From: a virus
Lineage: Duplodnaviria; Caudoviricetes
Virus record (IMG/VR): IMGVR_UViG_3300033990_000391
Location: 379 to 64,378 of that record
Strand: one strand, 5' to 3'
Length of the DNA stretch: 64,000 nt
Shown here piece after piece: positions 10,720 through 20,200 of the stretch. Numbering within the stretch: position 1 is the stretch's first letter; each line of letters begins with the position of its first letter. The position numbers and the translations under genes were made by a program. The notes under the pieces were generated by a model, which had not been told where the DNA came from, did not search any database, and saw nothing but the letters and a program-made list of their open reading frames with translations.

Positions 10720-10749
10720 TCCGCCAGAACTAGTGTTGGAGTATTCGTC

Positions 10750-11280
10750 ATGAGTAACTGGTTTTATTATGCCGTAATTTCTTTTTTCGTCTTATCCAAT
10801 GTTATAACTGAATTTATCAATCGTAAAGCATTACCACCATTTAGAAATCCACTTTCTGCCTATTTAACCGAAGTTAAATGGTTTCAGTTACAAGATGCTG
10901 GATACTTGATTCTAGCTTTCAGCCTCCCAGCTATGGGATGGTACTTAGGTGGTCTATGGCCAGAAATTCTTATGTCCTTATCAGGAGTAGCTCTAGTATC
11001 TGTAGTTATTACTAAATTAGTAATTCATTATGGAAATGTAAATCAATTTATTGTTGGGGACTTGGAGAAAGTGCACGTGGGGTCTGCCGGAGTTGCTTTT
11101 GCTTCTATAACAGTAGCATTACTCATTCATAGCTGGCTTACACCCACATTTCCGTTTATCTGTGCATTATTGGCCCCGTTATCAGCGGCTGCTTTTGCCA
11201 GATTCGCTCCAAATAAAACACCTTTAGAGGAAAAGTGCTATACTTTCTTTCTATTGATTGCTCTAATTTCCAGCCTTTAA
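10750..11280 (+). CDS. Multi-pass membrane protein (DUF998-like)
   Basis: About five hydrophobic segments, PLSAY and a central His; AT-rich DNA. Confidence 0.55.
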   Translation: MSNWFYYAVISFFVLSNVITEFINRKALPPFRNPLSAYLTEVKWFQLQDAGYLILAFSLPAMGWYLGGLWPEILMSLSGVALVSVVITKLVIHYGNVNQFIVGDLEKVHVGSAGVAFASITVALLIHSWLTPTFPFICALLAPLSAAAFARFAPNKTPLEEKCYTFFLLIALISSL

Positions 11281-11379
11281 ACAGGGAAACCAATTGGGAA
11301 TTAACAGATAATTCTGGTTGTCCTGTCGGAGGTGTATCCTCCTATTGGAATTAATCTTCTCATAATTGAGGTATTAACC

Positions 11380-12015
11380 ATGAATGAAAAATACACATTT
11401 GAAACAGCCTGTGAGCTTCTATCCAGTCACCAATTACCTCCTGAATTCGATCAATGGGAATTGGTAACTGAAGAATTAACAACTAAAAAAGATGGGTGGA
11501 CACTGGCTCACGAAGCAGCCAGCAGGAATCAATTACCACCAAACTTTAATAAATGGGAATTACATCCGAAAGATGGCTGGACAGTAGCTCATGAAGCAGC
11601 TTTTTATGGACATTTACCGGAAAACTTTGATCAATGGGAGTTAACTAACAATATGGGTAATACTGTAGCCCATGTTGCGGCCTGTTATGGACATTTACCG
11701 AAAAACTTTAATAAATGGGAATTAGCAGATAAAAATGGCTGGACGGTTGCACATGAAGCAGCCATGTATAATCAACTTCCTGAAAACTTCAATAAATGGG
11801 AATTAGCAACTGACGAGGGTTGGACAGTAGCCCATGAAGCAGCTAAATGTGGGCATTTACCGATAAACTTTAATAAATGGGAATTAGCAACTAAAGACGG
11901 CTGGACAGTCGTACAGGAAACAATCAAATATAATCATTTACCGCTTGAGGACGGAACGTATTCGCATCCTGACGTGTCCGGCATGGATTATCGCGCATAC
12001 AATGTAGACATTTGA
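11380..12015 (+). CDS. 25-aa ankyrin-like repeat protein (copy 1)
   Basis: Repeats GWTVAHEAAxxxxLPxNFxxWELxxxx; GAGG RBS before ATG at 11380. Confidence 0.85.
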   Translation: MNEKYTFETACELLSSHQLPPEFDQWELVTEELTTKKDGWTLAHEAASRNQLPPNFNKWELHPKDGWTVAHEAAFYGHLPENFDQWELTNNMGNTVAHVAACYGHLPKNFNKWELADKNGWTVAHEAAMYNQLPENFNKWELATDEGWTVAHEAAKCGHLPINFNKWELATKDGWTVVQETIKYNHLPLEDGTYSHPDVSGMDYRAYNVDI

Positions 12016-12018
12016 CCA

Positions 12019-12435
12019 ATGAACAAAAAAATTAATCTTTCCGAAACTGGCATTCCCTATACCGACCTGATGAAGGAGGTGAAAGCCGGTTTTGGTCGCA
12101 CTTTGTCCCATCTGCCGGTGGTTTTCGGGGTCTCGCGCCAGACGCTTTATAACTGGCTCAATGGCGCAACTCCGGGAGAGCAGCATTGGGACAAGCTCGT
12201 ACAGATGGCTGCTGCTGCCCGCGCGTTCACTGAGGCTGGCTTCAAACCGACAGCGCTTTCTCTCGAACGTACCATTGCACAAGGCAAGTCATTCGTTGAA
12301 CTGCTTGGGCAAGGTGCTGACGGCAAGGAAACGGCGGAAAAACTCGTTCGGATAGAAAAACGCGGCACGGTAGAAAAAGCAAAATTCGATGCCTTACTTG
12401 GGGGCGAGACGTTGATCAATGAACAAAGAAATTAA
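12019..12435 (+). CDS. HTH protein (antitoxin-like)
   Basis: HTH LSHLPVVFGVSRQTLYNWLNG. The antitoxin role is inferred. Confidence 0.6.
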   Translation: MNKKINLSETGIPYTDLMKEVKAGFGRTLSHLPVVFGVSRQTLYNWLNGATPGEQHWDKLVQMAAAARAFTEAGFKPTALSLERTIAQGKSFVELLGQGADGKETAEKLVRIEKRGTVEKAKFDALLGGETLINEQRN

Positions 12436-13240
12436 TGTTGCATTTTCTGGTTCTGGATTCCTGTTTCCGGCTCATGCAGGAGCTTTGTGGGAGCTTTTGA
12501 AACGTGGATATGAAGTAAAGACTGTTGCCGGAACCAGTGGAGGAGCGTTTATCGCGGCTCTTTATGCCGCCACACTTGATCCTGAAGTGTTGGTGGACGT
12601 ATCTATGGCTGATTTTTCTTCAGCCCTGCAAATCAATTGGTTGTCTGCTTTCCGGTTTATTTTCCGAAAACACTTGAGCAGTCGCAAATCATTCCGAAAA
12701 CTGCTGACGGATCGTTTCAAAAACAGAAAAATGGTTGATGTCAAAATACCCTTGCTTGTCATGGCAACCGATTTTCTTGACGCCACACCCCATGTATTTT
12801 CCAGTTTGACCACTCCGTTGGTTCCCATGGTGGATGTACTTTTGGCGTCAGCCTCTCTTCCCATCGTATTTTCACCCATGCGGATCGGATCAGGCAGCTA
12901 TCTGGATGGCGGAATGTGTGACAATGATCCGGTTGATTTGCTCAGGGGGAGCGCACGAACCAATGTTTTGATCCGGATCGAATCCAATTACAATCCCCAG
13001 TTGCATTATGGAAAATTGGGATTGGCGGCCACGATTAAAATGATTCTGGATCGAACGTTGTCCAGTTTTACGGCGGAAGAACTGAAACTCGATTCGGAGG
13101 TGATGCCGTATATTCAAATTCCGATTCGATATTCTCAGGGAGCACTTTCTCCACCCTCGTTATGGGCGCGTAAGGCTCTATTTGATGCGGGCAAACAAGC
13201 GATTGCGAATTCTGTGTTTGGAATGCCACCGACTCTCTAA
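12419..13240 (+). CDS. Patatin-like phospholipase
   Basis: FSGSG oxyanion loop, GTSGG nucleophile elbow, ASASLP..F.P, DGG. Confidence 0.92.
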   Translation: MNKEINVAFSGSGFLFPAHAGALWELLKRGYEVKTVAGTSGGAFIAALYAATLDPEVLVDVSMADFSSALQINWLSAFRFIFRKHLSSRKSFRKLLTDRFKNRKMVDVKIPLLVMATDFLDATPHVFSSLTTPLVPMVDVLLASASLPIVFSPMRIGSGSYLDGGMCDNDPVDLLRGSARTNVLIRIESNYNPQLHYGKLGLAATIKMILDRTLSSFTAEELKLDSEVMPYIQIPIRYSQGALSPPSLWARKALFDAGKQAIANSVFGMPPTL

Positions 13241-13330
13241 AAGTCTTAAAATTATGCTCACCGCACCATTTTATGGTCATAGGCAAGGCAATGGGGTTCT
13301 GGTGGGTCTAAAATCGTTCAGTGGTTAAAT

Positions 13331-13771
13331 TTAGGGCTTGTGTACGTTTTGGGGGGTTTTATATCTGTTTTTAGTAGTCTTACAGTCCTTTTCAAGTTTT
13401 ATAGATTCCCGGGACAGTTTTTCGAGTAGTTTTAAAGTTTCCCGCTGTGCTTCCAGATTTTCTTCCTGCGAACGCATGGATGCTAACTGGGCCTTTCCCA
13501 GTTCGATCATGTATTCCAGCATCTTGGTCTGACTGCGATTCTGGTATGAGTTTGCGATCAAGATCACGTTGTCCAGAAAAAGGGTGAGAATGGCAATGAG
13601 AATGCCCATGAATACGAATGGCGGGGCATCCCAGTTCATGATTCCCAAACCATTCAGGATGACCCAAATCACGATCACGGACAGTTCGGTAAGAATCCAT
13701 GTCCACGACGCAAATTTAGCTACCAGAGAAAGGGCTAGACGTTCCCGAAAAGGAAGACTGTGCTTTTGCAC
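13331..13771 (-). CDS. DUF1003-like membrane protein
   Basis: SW...W..LN...DAPPF pattern with two TM segments and a coiled tail. Confidence 0.6.
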   Translation of the reverse strand: MQKHSLPFRERLALSLVAKFASWTWILTELSVIVIWVILNGLGIMNWDAPPFVFMGILIAILTLFLDNVILIANSYQNRSQTKMLEYMIELGKAQLASMRSQEENLEAQRETLKLLEKLSRESIKLEKDCKTTKNRYKTPQNVHKP

Positions 13772-14047
13772 CTAAAAGAAAAACCAGCGTTTTTTAAGTA
13801 ACAAATCCTTCAGTTCCCCGAATCCTTTGATTATTTCTCCACCCAACACCTTGAACTGATCGCTTATTTTGTTTTCCATAACCCGGATTCGTTCGTCTGT
13901 TCTCTGTGACAAAAGCTCTACATTGGAAGACAACTCGACGATTGCCTGTTCCATATTCATGTGTGAATCCTCCAATTTCTTTTGCCGTTTTTCAAGGCTA
14001 ACTTGACGTTCCGACAAGATCTGAAGTTTGGATACCGGTTTTTTCAT
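13772..14047 (-). CDS. Small coiled-coil protein
   Basis: Tightly coupled ORF in the tail operon; heptad pattern. Confidence 0.65.
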   Translation of the reverse strand: MKKPVSKLQILSERQVSLEKRQKKLEDSHMNMEQAIVELSSNVELLSQRTDERIRVMENKISDQFKVLGGEIIKGFGELKDLLLKKRWFFF

Positions 14048-14051
14048 GGGA

Positions 14052-15314
14052 TCAGATTCCTATGGCAATGGCTGAAAACGTGGTTGTTCCACTATTTGAA
14101 TTATCAATCGTAATTTCTGTGGTGGAGCATATTGCGGACGGAGGGACACCCCCGCCCGTCGATTGATTCAGACTGACTAAAACTGCAATAGCCCCCGATG
14201 TAAATGGTTTTGGAAGGACGTATGAAGCTGATGTGGAGCCAGCTATTGTAACTTGAAAACAATTGAAAATGATGGGTCCAATTGTAAAATAAGTGGGAAG
14301 GGCACTTCCGCCGTTTTCGCTGGTAGTAAAATTATTTGATACGGCTGATAATATCCGACCATCAACACCAATGTCCAAATTGGGAGCGGTAAAGGTGCCA
14401 GCCGTAACTCCGGTAGCTGCCAGTCCCGGAGAGGGTAACGTACCGGTCAAAACTCCTCCTACCGAAGTATTTCCCGCATCCGTAATCCGACCATCGGCCC
14501 CAATTGTGATCGTTGGCGCGTCATAAGTTCCAGCCGTAACAGTTGTGTCAGCCAGTCCCGGATCGGGTAACGTGCCGGTCAAAACCCCTCCTACCGCAGT
14601 ATTTCCCGCACCCGTAATCCGTCCATCGGCCCCAATTGTGATTGTTGGAGCGTCATAAGTTCCAGCCGTAACTCCGGTAGCTGCCAATCCCGGATCGGGA
14701 TAGGTTCCGGTCAAAACTCCGCCCGCAGGTCCAGTGGGGATAACATTGGAAGAAGCTTGAACCTGAAAACTGGTGTCGATTGTAGAAATTATGGTCTGAC
14801 CCGCCGATAGGGTGGTTCGTCCCAATTCCAGATAGGTTATGTTGTCGGGAGCCGTTAGGGTTGTGAAAATGTTTTGGGAATAGAGCGTTTCGGCATATGC
14901 ATAATACGGGACAAAGCTCTGACTATAGTCAGGATGTCCTACCGGGGGACCGGAAACAATGTATTGGTTTTGACCAATTTCGGCCTTTTGGGATACTACA
15001 TAAGCCGTTACCGATCCGGTAGACGGAATCAAAGAGGAAAAATTCAGGGAATAAACCGTACTGGTTGAATTGTTGGTGATTCCATAGGCATGCGCGAGAG
15101 TGCCATCTCCATATAATGCGGCAAATGGAAGCTGGGCATTCAGAGTGACGGTCAAATTACCGTTGAAAGTAAAAGCCAATGTGGATTGGTTTACCAATCC
15201 CGGATTGAACAGGATGCCTGAAACATCCCTCACCGAATCAATGGTATTTTCTACTCCCGTATTGAGTACGGAAGAAGATAAAAACTGCTCATTTGAGAAA
15301 ACTGGCTTTTGCAT
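14052..15314 (-). CDS. Tail fibre protein
   Basis: Three ~40-aa repeats GGVLTGTxPxPGLA..VTAGT...ITIGADGRI; C-terminal LPKPFT fibre-tip-like domain. Confidence 0.8.
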   Translation of the reverse strand: MQKPVFSNEQFLSSSVLNTGVENTIDSVRDVSGILFNPGLVNQSTLAFTFNGNLTVTLNAQLPFAALYGDGTLAHAYGITNNSTSTVYSLNFSSLIPSTGSVTAYVVSQKAEIGQNQYIVSGPPVGHPDYSQSFVPYYAYAETLYSQNIFTTLTAPDNITYLELGRTTLSAGQTIISTIDTSFQVQASSNVIPTGPAGGVLTGTYPDPGLAATGVTAGTYDAPTITIGADGRITGAGNTAVGGVLTGTLPDPGLADTTVTAGTYDAPTITIGADGRITDAGNTSVGGVLTGTLPSPGLAATGVTAGTFTAPNLDIGVDGRILSAVSNNFTTSENGGSALPTYFTIGPIIFNCFQVTIAGSTSASYVLPKPFTSGAIAVLVSLNQSTGGGVPPSAICSTTEITIDNSNSGTTTFSAIAIGI

Positions 15315-15350
15315 TTTGTTATCTTACCACTAAAATTGGTTTTTCCACCA

Positions 15351-16217
15351 TCAAGTGGGAGGATTCTTGGCTGTGAACGTCCACGTGGCCTGAGATGAAG
15401 AAGATTGGGGATTGCTGCACGACCAATCCAGTGTTCCCGTTGCACCTGCTTTAGTTCCGGTCACAAAAGCTACAGTGAAAGCTCCGGTTGATGTGTTTTC
15501 TCCGGTAATATCCAGATCTGAACTGGAACTGCCGAAATCGTAGGTTAAACTGCTTCCGGTAGCATAAGTAGATAAGGATAGAGGATAACTAACTCCGAGG
15601 ACCAAATCTTTTGAAGCGTTTGCCGCAGTGGCCGGAGTATAGTTTGTCGTCGTGATGGTGCTAATCTGGGTTTGGGTTGCGGAGGCAATCCCGACCGGAG
15701 TGGAGAATGAGTACATTTCAGGATTGATGTTGAGGGTGAACTGGTCCGTATCGGGTGCCGACGTTGCTTGATATTGATATTGCAGAGTTGCAGCATCAGA
15801 AATTGTAAGAGTTCCATAAACTGGCGCTTCCGATCCTGCACTCATCGGACCCGTTGCTTCTCCTGCCGGATTGTTGGTTGGCATAGTTTCCGTCAATAAT
15901 GCCGTCGTAGAAGCATTATAAGATGCGGTCGATCCTTCGGCTATCTGAGCCAAATTAAATGTGATCGTACCGTTAGCGCTCCCCGCACTATTGGTCGCTG
16001 TATAAACAATATTGTAACTTCCCGAAGTTGCCCATCCGGTCGATGGCGGAGTGATACTGAACGCCTGTCCGGTTATCTGACCCGAAACTACCGGACTTCC
16101 CACCAGAGCAATTGTATATCCGGACGGGAAGGTTGTCGAAGATATGGTAAAGGTAATAGCCAACGTCTGACCCGAGGGCTGTGAGGCAGACATGATATAG
16201 GATGCGTTTGTCGTCAT
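15351..16217 (-). CDS. Ig-like beta-rich tail-associated protein
   Basis: Thr/Ser-rich beta protein; shares SASQPSGQTLAITF with the upstream gene's repeats. Confidence 0.65.
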   Translation of the reverse strand: MTTNASYIMSASQPSGQTLAITFTISSTTFPSGYTIALVGSPVVSGQITGQAFSITPPSTGWATSGSYNIVYTATNSAGSANGTITFNLAQIAEGSTASYNASTTALLTETMPTNNPAGEATGPMSAGSEAPVYGTLTISDAATLQYQYQATSAPDTDQFTLNINPEMYSFSTPVGIASATQTQISTITTTNYTPATAANASKDLVLGVSYPLSLSTYATGSSLTYDFGSSSSDLDITGENTSTGAFTVAFVTGTKAGATGTLDWSCSNPQSSSSQATWTFTAKNPPT

Positions 16218-17515
16218 TGTAAGGTCACCACTTCGGTTCCTGCAACATACAAGTTTCCGGTCACCGTGTTTGGAGAGGGCGGAACGCCGGATACGGTAAT
16301 TGATTCAGTCGCAGAATTCGAGGTTCCGATACTGTTGGCTGCGGTAAATGTGAAAGAATCCGCACCTGCGAATCCTGCGTTGGCGGTATAGGTGAATGCT
16401 CCGGTAGAGGAGTTCGTGATCGAGACGGTTCCGTTAGTGGGGTTGGTGGCAATTGCGAACGTGAGCGCGAGAGTCTGACCGGAAGGCTGAGTGGCGGATA
16501 ATGTTCCGGATAATGGCGATCCCCCCGTGACCGAACCATTGATCGAGGTCGGAGCGACCTGTACGGTTAGTGATTCTGTAGCCGGAGAAGATTTTCCGGC
16601 TATACTGGTTGCGGTAAAGGTGAAGGAATCCGCACCTGCGAATCCTGCGTTGGCAGTATAGGTGAATGTTCCGGTAGAGGTGTCCGTTATCGAGACGGTT
16701 CCGTCAGCAGGGTTGGTAGCAATTGCGAACGTGAGCGGAAGATTCTGACCGGAAGGCTGAGTGGCGGACAATGTTCCGGATAATGGCGATCCCCCAGTGA
16801 CCGAACCAGCAAATGCGGTCGGAATCACATAAGAACTTGGATCAGTGGATTGAATGACGCGCGGAATGTTTACCGTATTTTGCAAAACAGGATCGGTGAA
16901 TATAATGACCGGATATTTATTGATGATGTTGTTGGTGTTTGGCTGTAATGAGAACGGAAAAGTGAAATTGCTCGGCAGGGACAGATACGATCCCGTGATA
17001 CGAGGCGATCCAAAATAATTTACTGTCGTCAGATAACTTCCTCCACCGACAATCGTAAAGGGGAAAAATGGTACCCCGGCAGGTCTGATCCAGACCAGAT
17101 TTTCGGCTATGATTTGATAGATCGAATCCTGTAGTGGAGAAAGGAATGAGATTTTATATCCCCCTCCTGTTCCAGTAGATACGACGGATACCGGAACCGA
17201 ATAAAGGTTCTGGATGAACGTTTGAATGGCTGACAGAGTACCAAATGGTCCGTTATAGTCTGTCAAGATCCGATTGATGTATTGTGTGTCGGATTCTCCA
17301 TTCTCACGCGGATTTCCGAGCAGACCCCCGAAGGTGTCCAGCGATTTACCGAGAGCAGTCTTGAACAGAAGTTGGGTCGTGAGCGCGTCGTTTCCGGTCG
17401 TGAACTGTGTCAGGGTTTGCGACAGGGTTTGAAAAAAGTTGAGAAAATTGGGTTGGTCCGATACAAAAGTATAGGGAACCCCCCGCAGAATATCAATGAC
17501 CGAACGATTATCCAT
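16214..17515 (-). CDS. Baseplate wedge protein (gpI-like) with two Ig/cadherin-like repeats
   Basis: LDTFG...R..GESD.QY..RI and RPAGV; two ~89-aa repeats with FTYTANAGFAGADSFTFTA. Confidence 0.8.
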   Translation of the reverse strand: MDNRSVIDILRGVPYTFVSDQPNFLNFFQTLSQTLTQFTTGNDALTTQLLFKTALGKSLDTFGGLLGNPRENGESDTQYINRILTDYNGPFGTLSAIQTFIQNLYSVPVSVVSTGTGGGYKISFLSPLQDSIYQIIAENLVWIRPAGVPFFPFTIVGGGSYLTTVNYFGSPRITGSYLSLPSNFTFPFSLQPNTNNIINKYPVIIFTDPVLQNTVNIPRVIQSTDPSSYVIPTAFAGSVTGGSPLSGTLSATQPSGQNLPLTFAIATNPADGTVSITDTSTGTFTYTANAGFAGADSFTFTATSIAGKSSPATESLTVQVAPTSINGSVTGGSPLSGTLSATQPSGQTLALTFAIATNPTNGTVSITNSSTGAFTYTANAGFAGADSFTFTAANSIGTSNSATESITVSGVPPSPNTVTGNLYVAGTEVVTLQ

Positions 17516-18668
17516 TTACGATCTGAATTACGAGAGAGTTCAAAATTGCCCGTTGGGTAGGCGGAACGGTAATGACGTTCTGATCGGGAGAAAGTGTGAT
17601 ATTCAATCCCGTCACAAATCCGTAAACTGCGTTTCCGACCGCCACGAACAGTTGGGAAATTTCTACCGGATCGCCAAAGTTTAGTTGTGTGAAGTATTCT
17701 GTTGCGGCATTTTGCGCTAATGTGGTTATTTCTGGTATGGCCGCATTGAATGTCGGGACCGAAGTGGCGGAAATGGTGACATTGATCGGAAGCGGCGTGA
17801 CCGCTTCTACCGAAAACGGCACTCCCGCAGGACCCGCTCCGGGAGTCCCTTCAATTGTAGATTGAACCTGAGCGATCAGGGGAGCGGATGCCGTACCCGA
17901 TCCATTGTCGATATAGACCGTATAGCCCACCGTGAATCCGGTCGTTTTACCCGCTTGAACTTGCGCGATCCATGGTTCGTAAGTCGTTGCATATTTGCAA
18001 GTTTCTCCAGAAGGAGTAGCAATTCCAATTACGCCATTTGCAATTGCGACCGGCGTACATGCCGGTAATGATGCCAAATAGGTATCCATTCTTGAGAGCG
18101 CAGACGAAACTGATTCGGCGTTTGACCCGCCAGAGGTGGGGGCGGGATTGTTGACCGATAACGGATAGGGAAGAGAACTGGTTATTTCGGTGATGGCACC
18201 AGCAGGAACATTTCCACTATTTCCCGGATTTTGGGCTGATACAGTGAGAGATACTGAAGTGTTTCCGGCTGAAAGTGTACCGGGCTCGGTAGTCGTGAAC
18301 AGTATTCCGCCCGTGGTTGCAACACCAATTCCGACTCCCAGTGGAATATCTGATGTTGCGGGTGTTGAGAGACTGAAAACGACCGTTCCGGATGCGGTGG
18401 CGGGAGGGGCTGGCGTGATTCCAAAGAGACTGAAAGCGGCCAGAATTGAATTGGTTTGTGATTGTAGGGTTGTGGATACGTTTTGTTGTTCGAGCAGGAC
18501 CCCAATAACCGAAAGGAGCGTCCTGATCTGGCTCCCCGCAGTACTGTCTGAAACAGTCGATCCCAGAGCGGTCATCAATTGCAGTCCTGAAATTACCGGC
18601 GTCAGGGCGGATACCGGAGATGGAAACGAAATGTTCAGGGAATCAGCCAAATCTTGTATAGAGTTCAC
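17508..18668 (-). CDS. Baseplate J-like protein
   Basis: ASGTVVF, A..PG..GNVPAG.I, V.NP....GG...ES, AGV motifs. Confidence 0.9.
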   Translation of the reverse strand: MNSIQDLADSLNISFPSPVSALTPVISGLQLMTALGSTVSDSTAGSQIRTLLSVIGVLLEQQNVSTTLQSQTNSILAAFSLFGITPAPPATASGTVVFSLSTPATSDIPLGVGIGVATTGGILFTTTEPGTLSAGNTSVSLTVSAQNPGNSGNVPAGAITEITSSLPYPLSVNNPAPTSGGSNAESVSSALSRMDTYLASLPACTPVAIANGVIGIATPSGETCKYATTYEPWIAQVQAGKTTGFTVGYTVYIDNGSGTASAPLIAQVQSTIEGTPGAGPAGVPFSVEAVTPLPINVTISATSVPTFNAAIPEITTLAQNAATEYFTQLNFGDPVEISQLFVAVGNAVYGFVTGLNITLSPDQNVITVPPTQRAILNSLVIQIVNG

Positions 18669-20035
18669 GGAATGGTCGCCGAAAAATCCGTCGGAGACAG
18701 TCCGACGGGAACAAGGGATGCGTTCACATTATAAGATTGACTCTGAACATTTCCAGACACTTGTATTTTGGTGATTCTTTGTACGCGCGGGTCCTGTAAA
18801 ATACTGCGACCGGCATAGGCTGACAGGCGTGTGGTTTCCAGTTTGGAGAATCCCTGGTTTATGTTGCCAATTTCAAATGGAAGACGTGATCCATAAGTTG
18901 AATCAAATATATAACCGTTCAATGGAGTCAGCAATCGGCGAATGAGGGCGTACCGAAGATTTGAAAATCCGGTTAACGTTCCCAAATCTCCCGTCCATGG
19001 CATATCGTTCTGAAAGGTTCCAAAGTTGAAGTCGGTTCCCAAGATGTTTTGTATGTATGAACTTGGAACCAGCGTCGGACCCGGAGGGAGATAAAGTGTC
19101 ATGCCGGGAGAAGCCGTGTCGGGAACGGGATTAAAAGAAGTGCTCACATAAGGGGGAACCAGATTGTTTATTTCGACTATGTTTTGCCATTTTTCAAATG
19201 ATCCGGTCGTCCGGAATGCAAACTGCTGAATGGTTTCGTGTTCGCGTAATACCCCGGTTTGAATGGCATTCCCCGCAGGTTGGGATAATCCCGAAGCGGC
19301 TGCTCCGGCGTACATGGCGAGCAGATAAAGAATCATGGCCCGGTTGGCGACCTGATTTTGGGGAGCATTTTGGGAATAATCCTGATTGACCAGAGAATCA
19401 ATTGCAAAATAAGTTGGAACCGAGACGTTTTGGTTCCAGAGCGTCTGGAACGACAGGTTTGGATTGGCGTGGGAAAGATTGGATACCCACGTCAGAATGG
19501 CGTCTCCGACTATGATTTGACGATTGAGCGCGTCTTTTGCCTGACCGGAAATGGATGTTTGTGGGGCAATGATGGCAGCAATCTCGGAAAACTCCGCATT
19601 CTGCGCAGTCAAAACATCCACCAGATTGGTCGTCTGCGGGGGAATTTCTCCGACAAAACCGGTTATAAGTGGAGGAATGTCGGGAAATGAAAAAACCGAT
19701 AATCCCTGATGAACTTTTGCAATATCTGCTTTCATAAACAGGGTTAAATAGGAAAAATTGATGGTGGTCAACCATTCATTGATCCCGTTGATTCGTGCGT
19801 TTAAAAACGGTGTTGATATTCCAAGCGAGACCGTTTGCAGTTCTTCGAGAGCGGACGTCTCATTTGCCAATATCTGAGTTTGATAATAGAGATTGGTGAT
19901 CCAGAGCAGATCGAGAAGAGAAGCGGTCAATCCGATGAACAGATCGGGTTGACTATTGACATTCACCAACGGAACCAGTGTTTGCGCGACGAATGCGCGG
20001 GATAATACGCTGAATTGATTGCTGATTGTCGTCAC
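18665..20035 (-). CDS. Baseplate protein with LysM-like and gp25/gpW-like domains
   Basis: ETIQQFA...W..I..IN.L..PY segment; C-terminal GDL...NL..A..RRL.TP...YGS.L...DPRV. Confidence 0.75.
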   Translation of the reverse strand: MTTISNQFSVLSRAFVAQTLVPLVNVNSQPDLFIGLTASLLDLLWITNLYYQTQILANETSALEELQTVSLGISTPFLNARINGINEWLTTINFSYLTLFMKADIAKVHQGLSVFSFPDIPPLITGFVGEIPPQTTNLVDVLTAQNAEFSEIAAIIAPQTSISGQAKDALNRQIIVGDAILTWVSNLSHANPNLSFQTLWNQNVSVPTYFAIDSLVNQDYSQNAPQNQVANRAMILYLLAMYAGAAASGLSQPAGNAIQTGVLREHETIQQFAFRTTGSFEKWQNIVEINNLVPPYVSTSFNPVPDTASPGMTLYLPPGPTLVPSSYIQNILGTDFNFGTFQNDMPWTGDLGTLTGFSNLRYALIRRLLTPLNGYIFDSTYGSRLPFEIGNINQGFSKLETTRLSAYAGRSILQDPRVQRITKIQVSGNVQSQSYNVNASLVPVGLSPTDFSATIP

Positions 20036-20200
20036 GTGCCGTTCACAAAACTATAGAAACTACTACTATTTCCATGACGTCGTCCGAACGATGAGGACGG
20101 CGATTCGAGTGACGGAATCTCACCGGCAAGCGCATAGGACAGCCTAAGCCGCCACCACAACCGGAACCTCAGCGAGCCTTGCGGCCTTCTTACGTTCCGG
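20019..20200 (-). ncRNA. Putative omegaRNA (reRNA) of the tnpB element
   Basis: Hairpins between the tnpB stop and the right end (GATTC..GAATC, CGTCC..GGACG); position typical of TnpB guides. Boundaries inferred. Confidence 0.5.
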
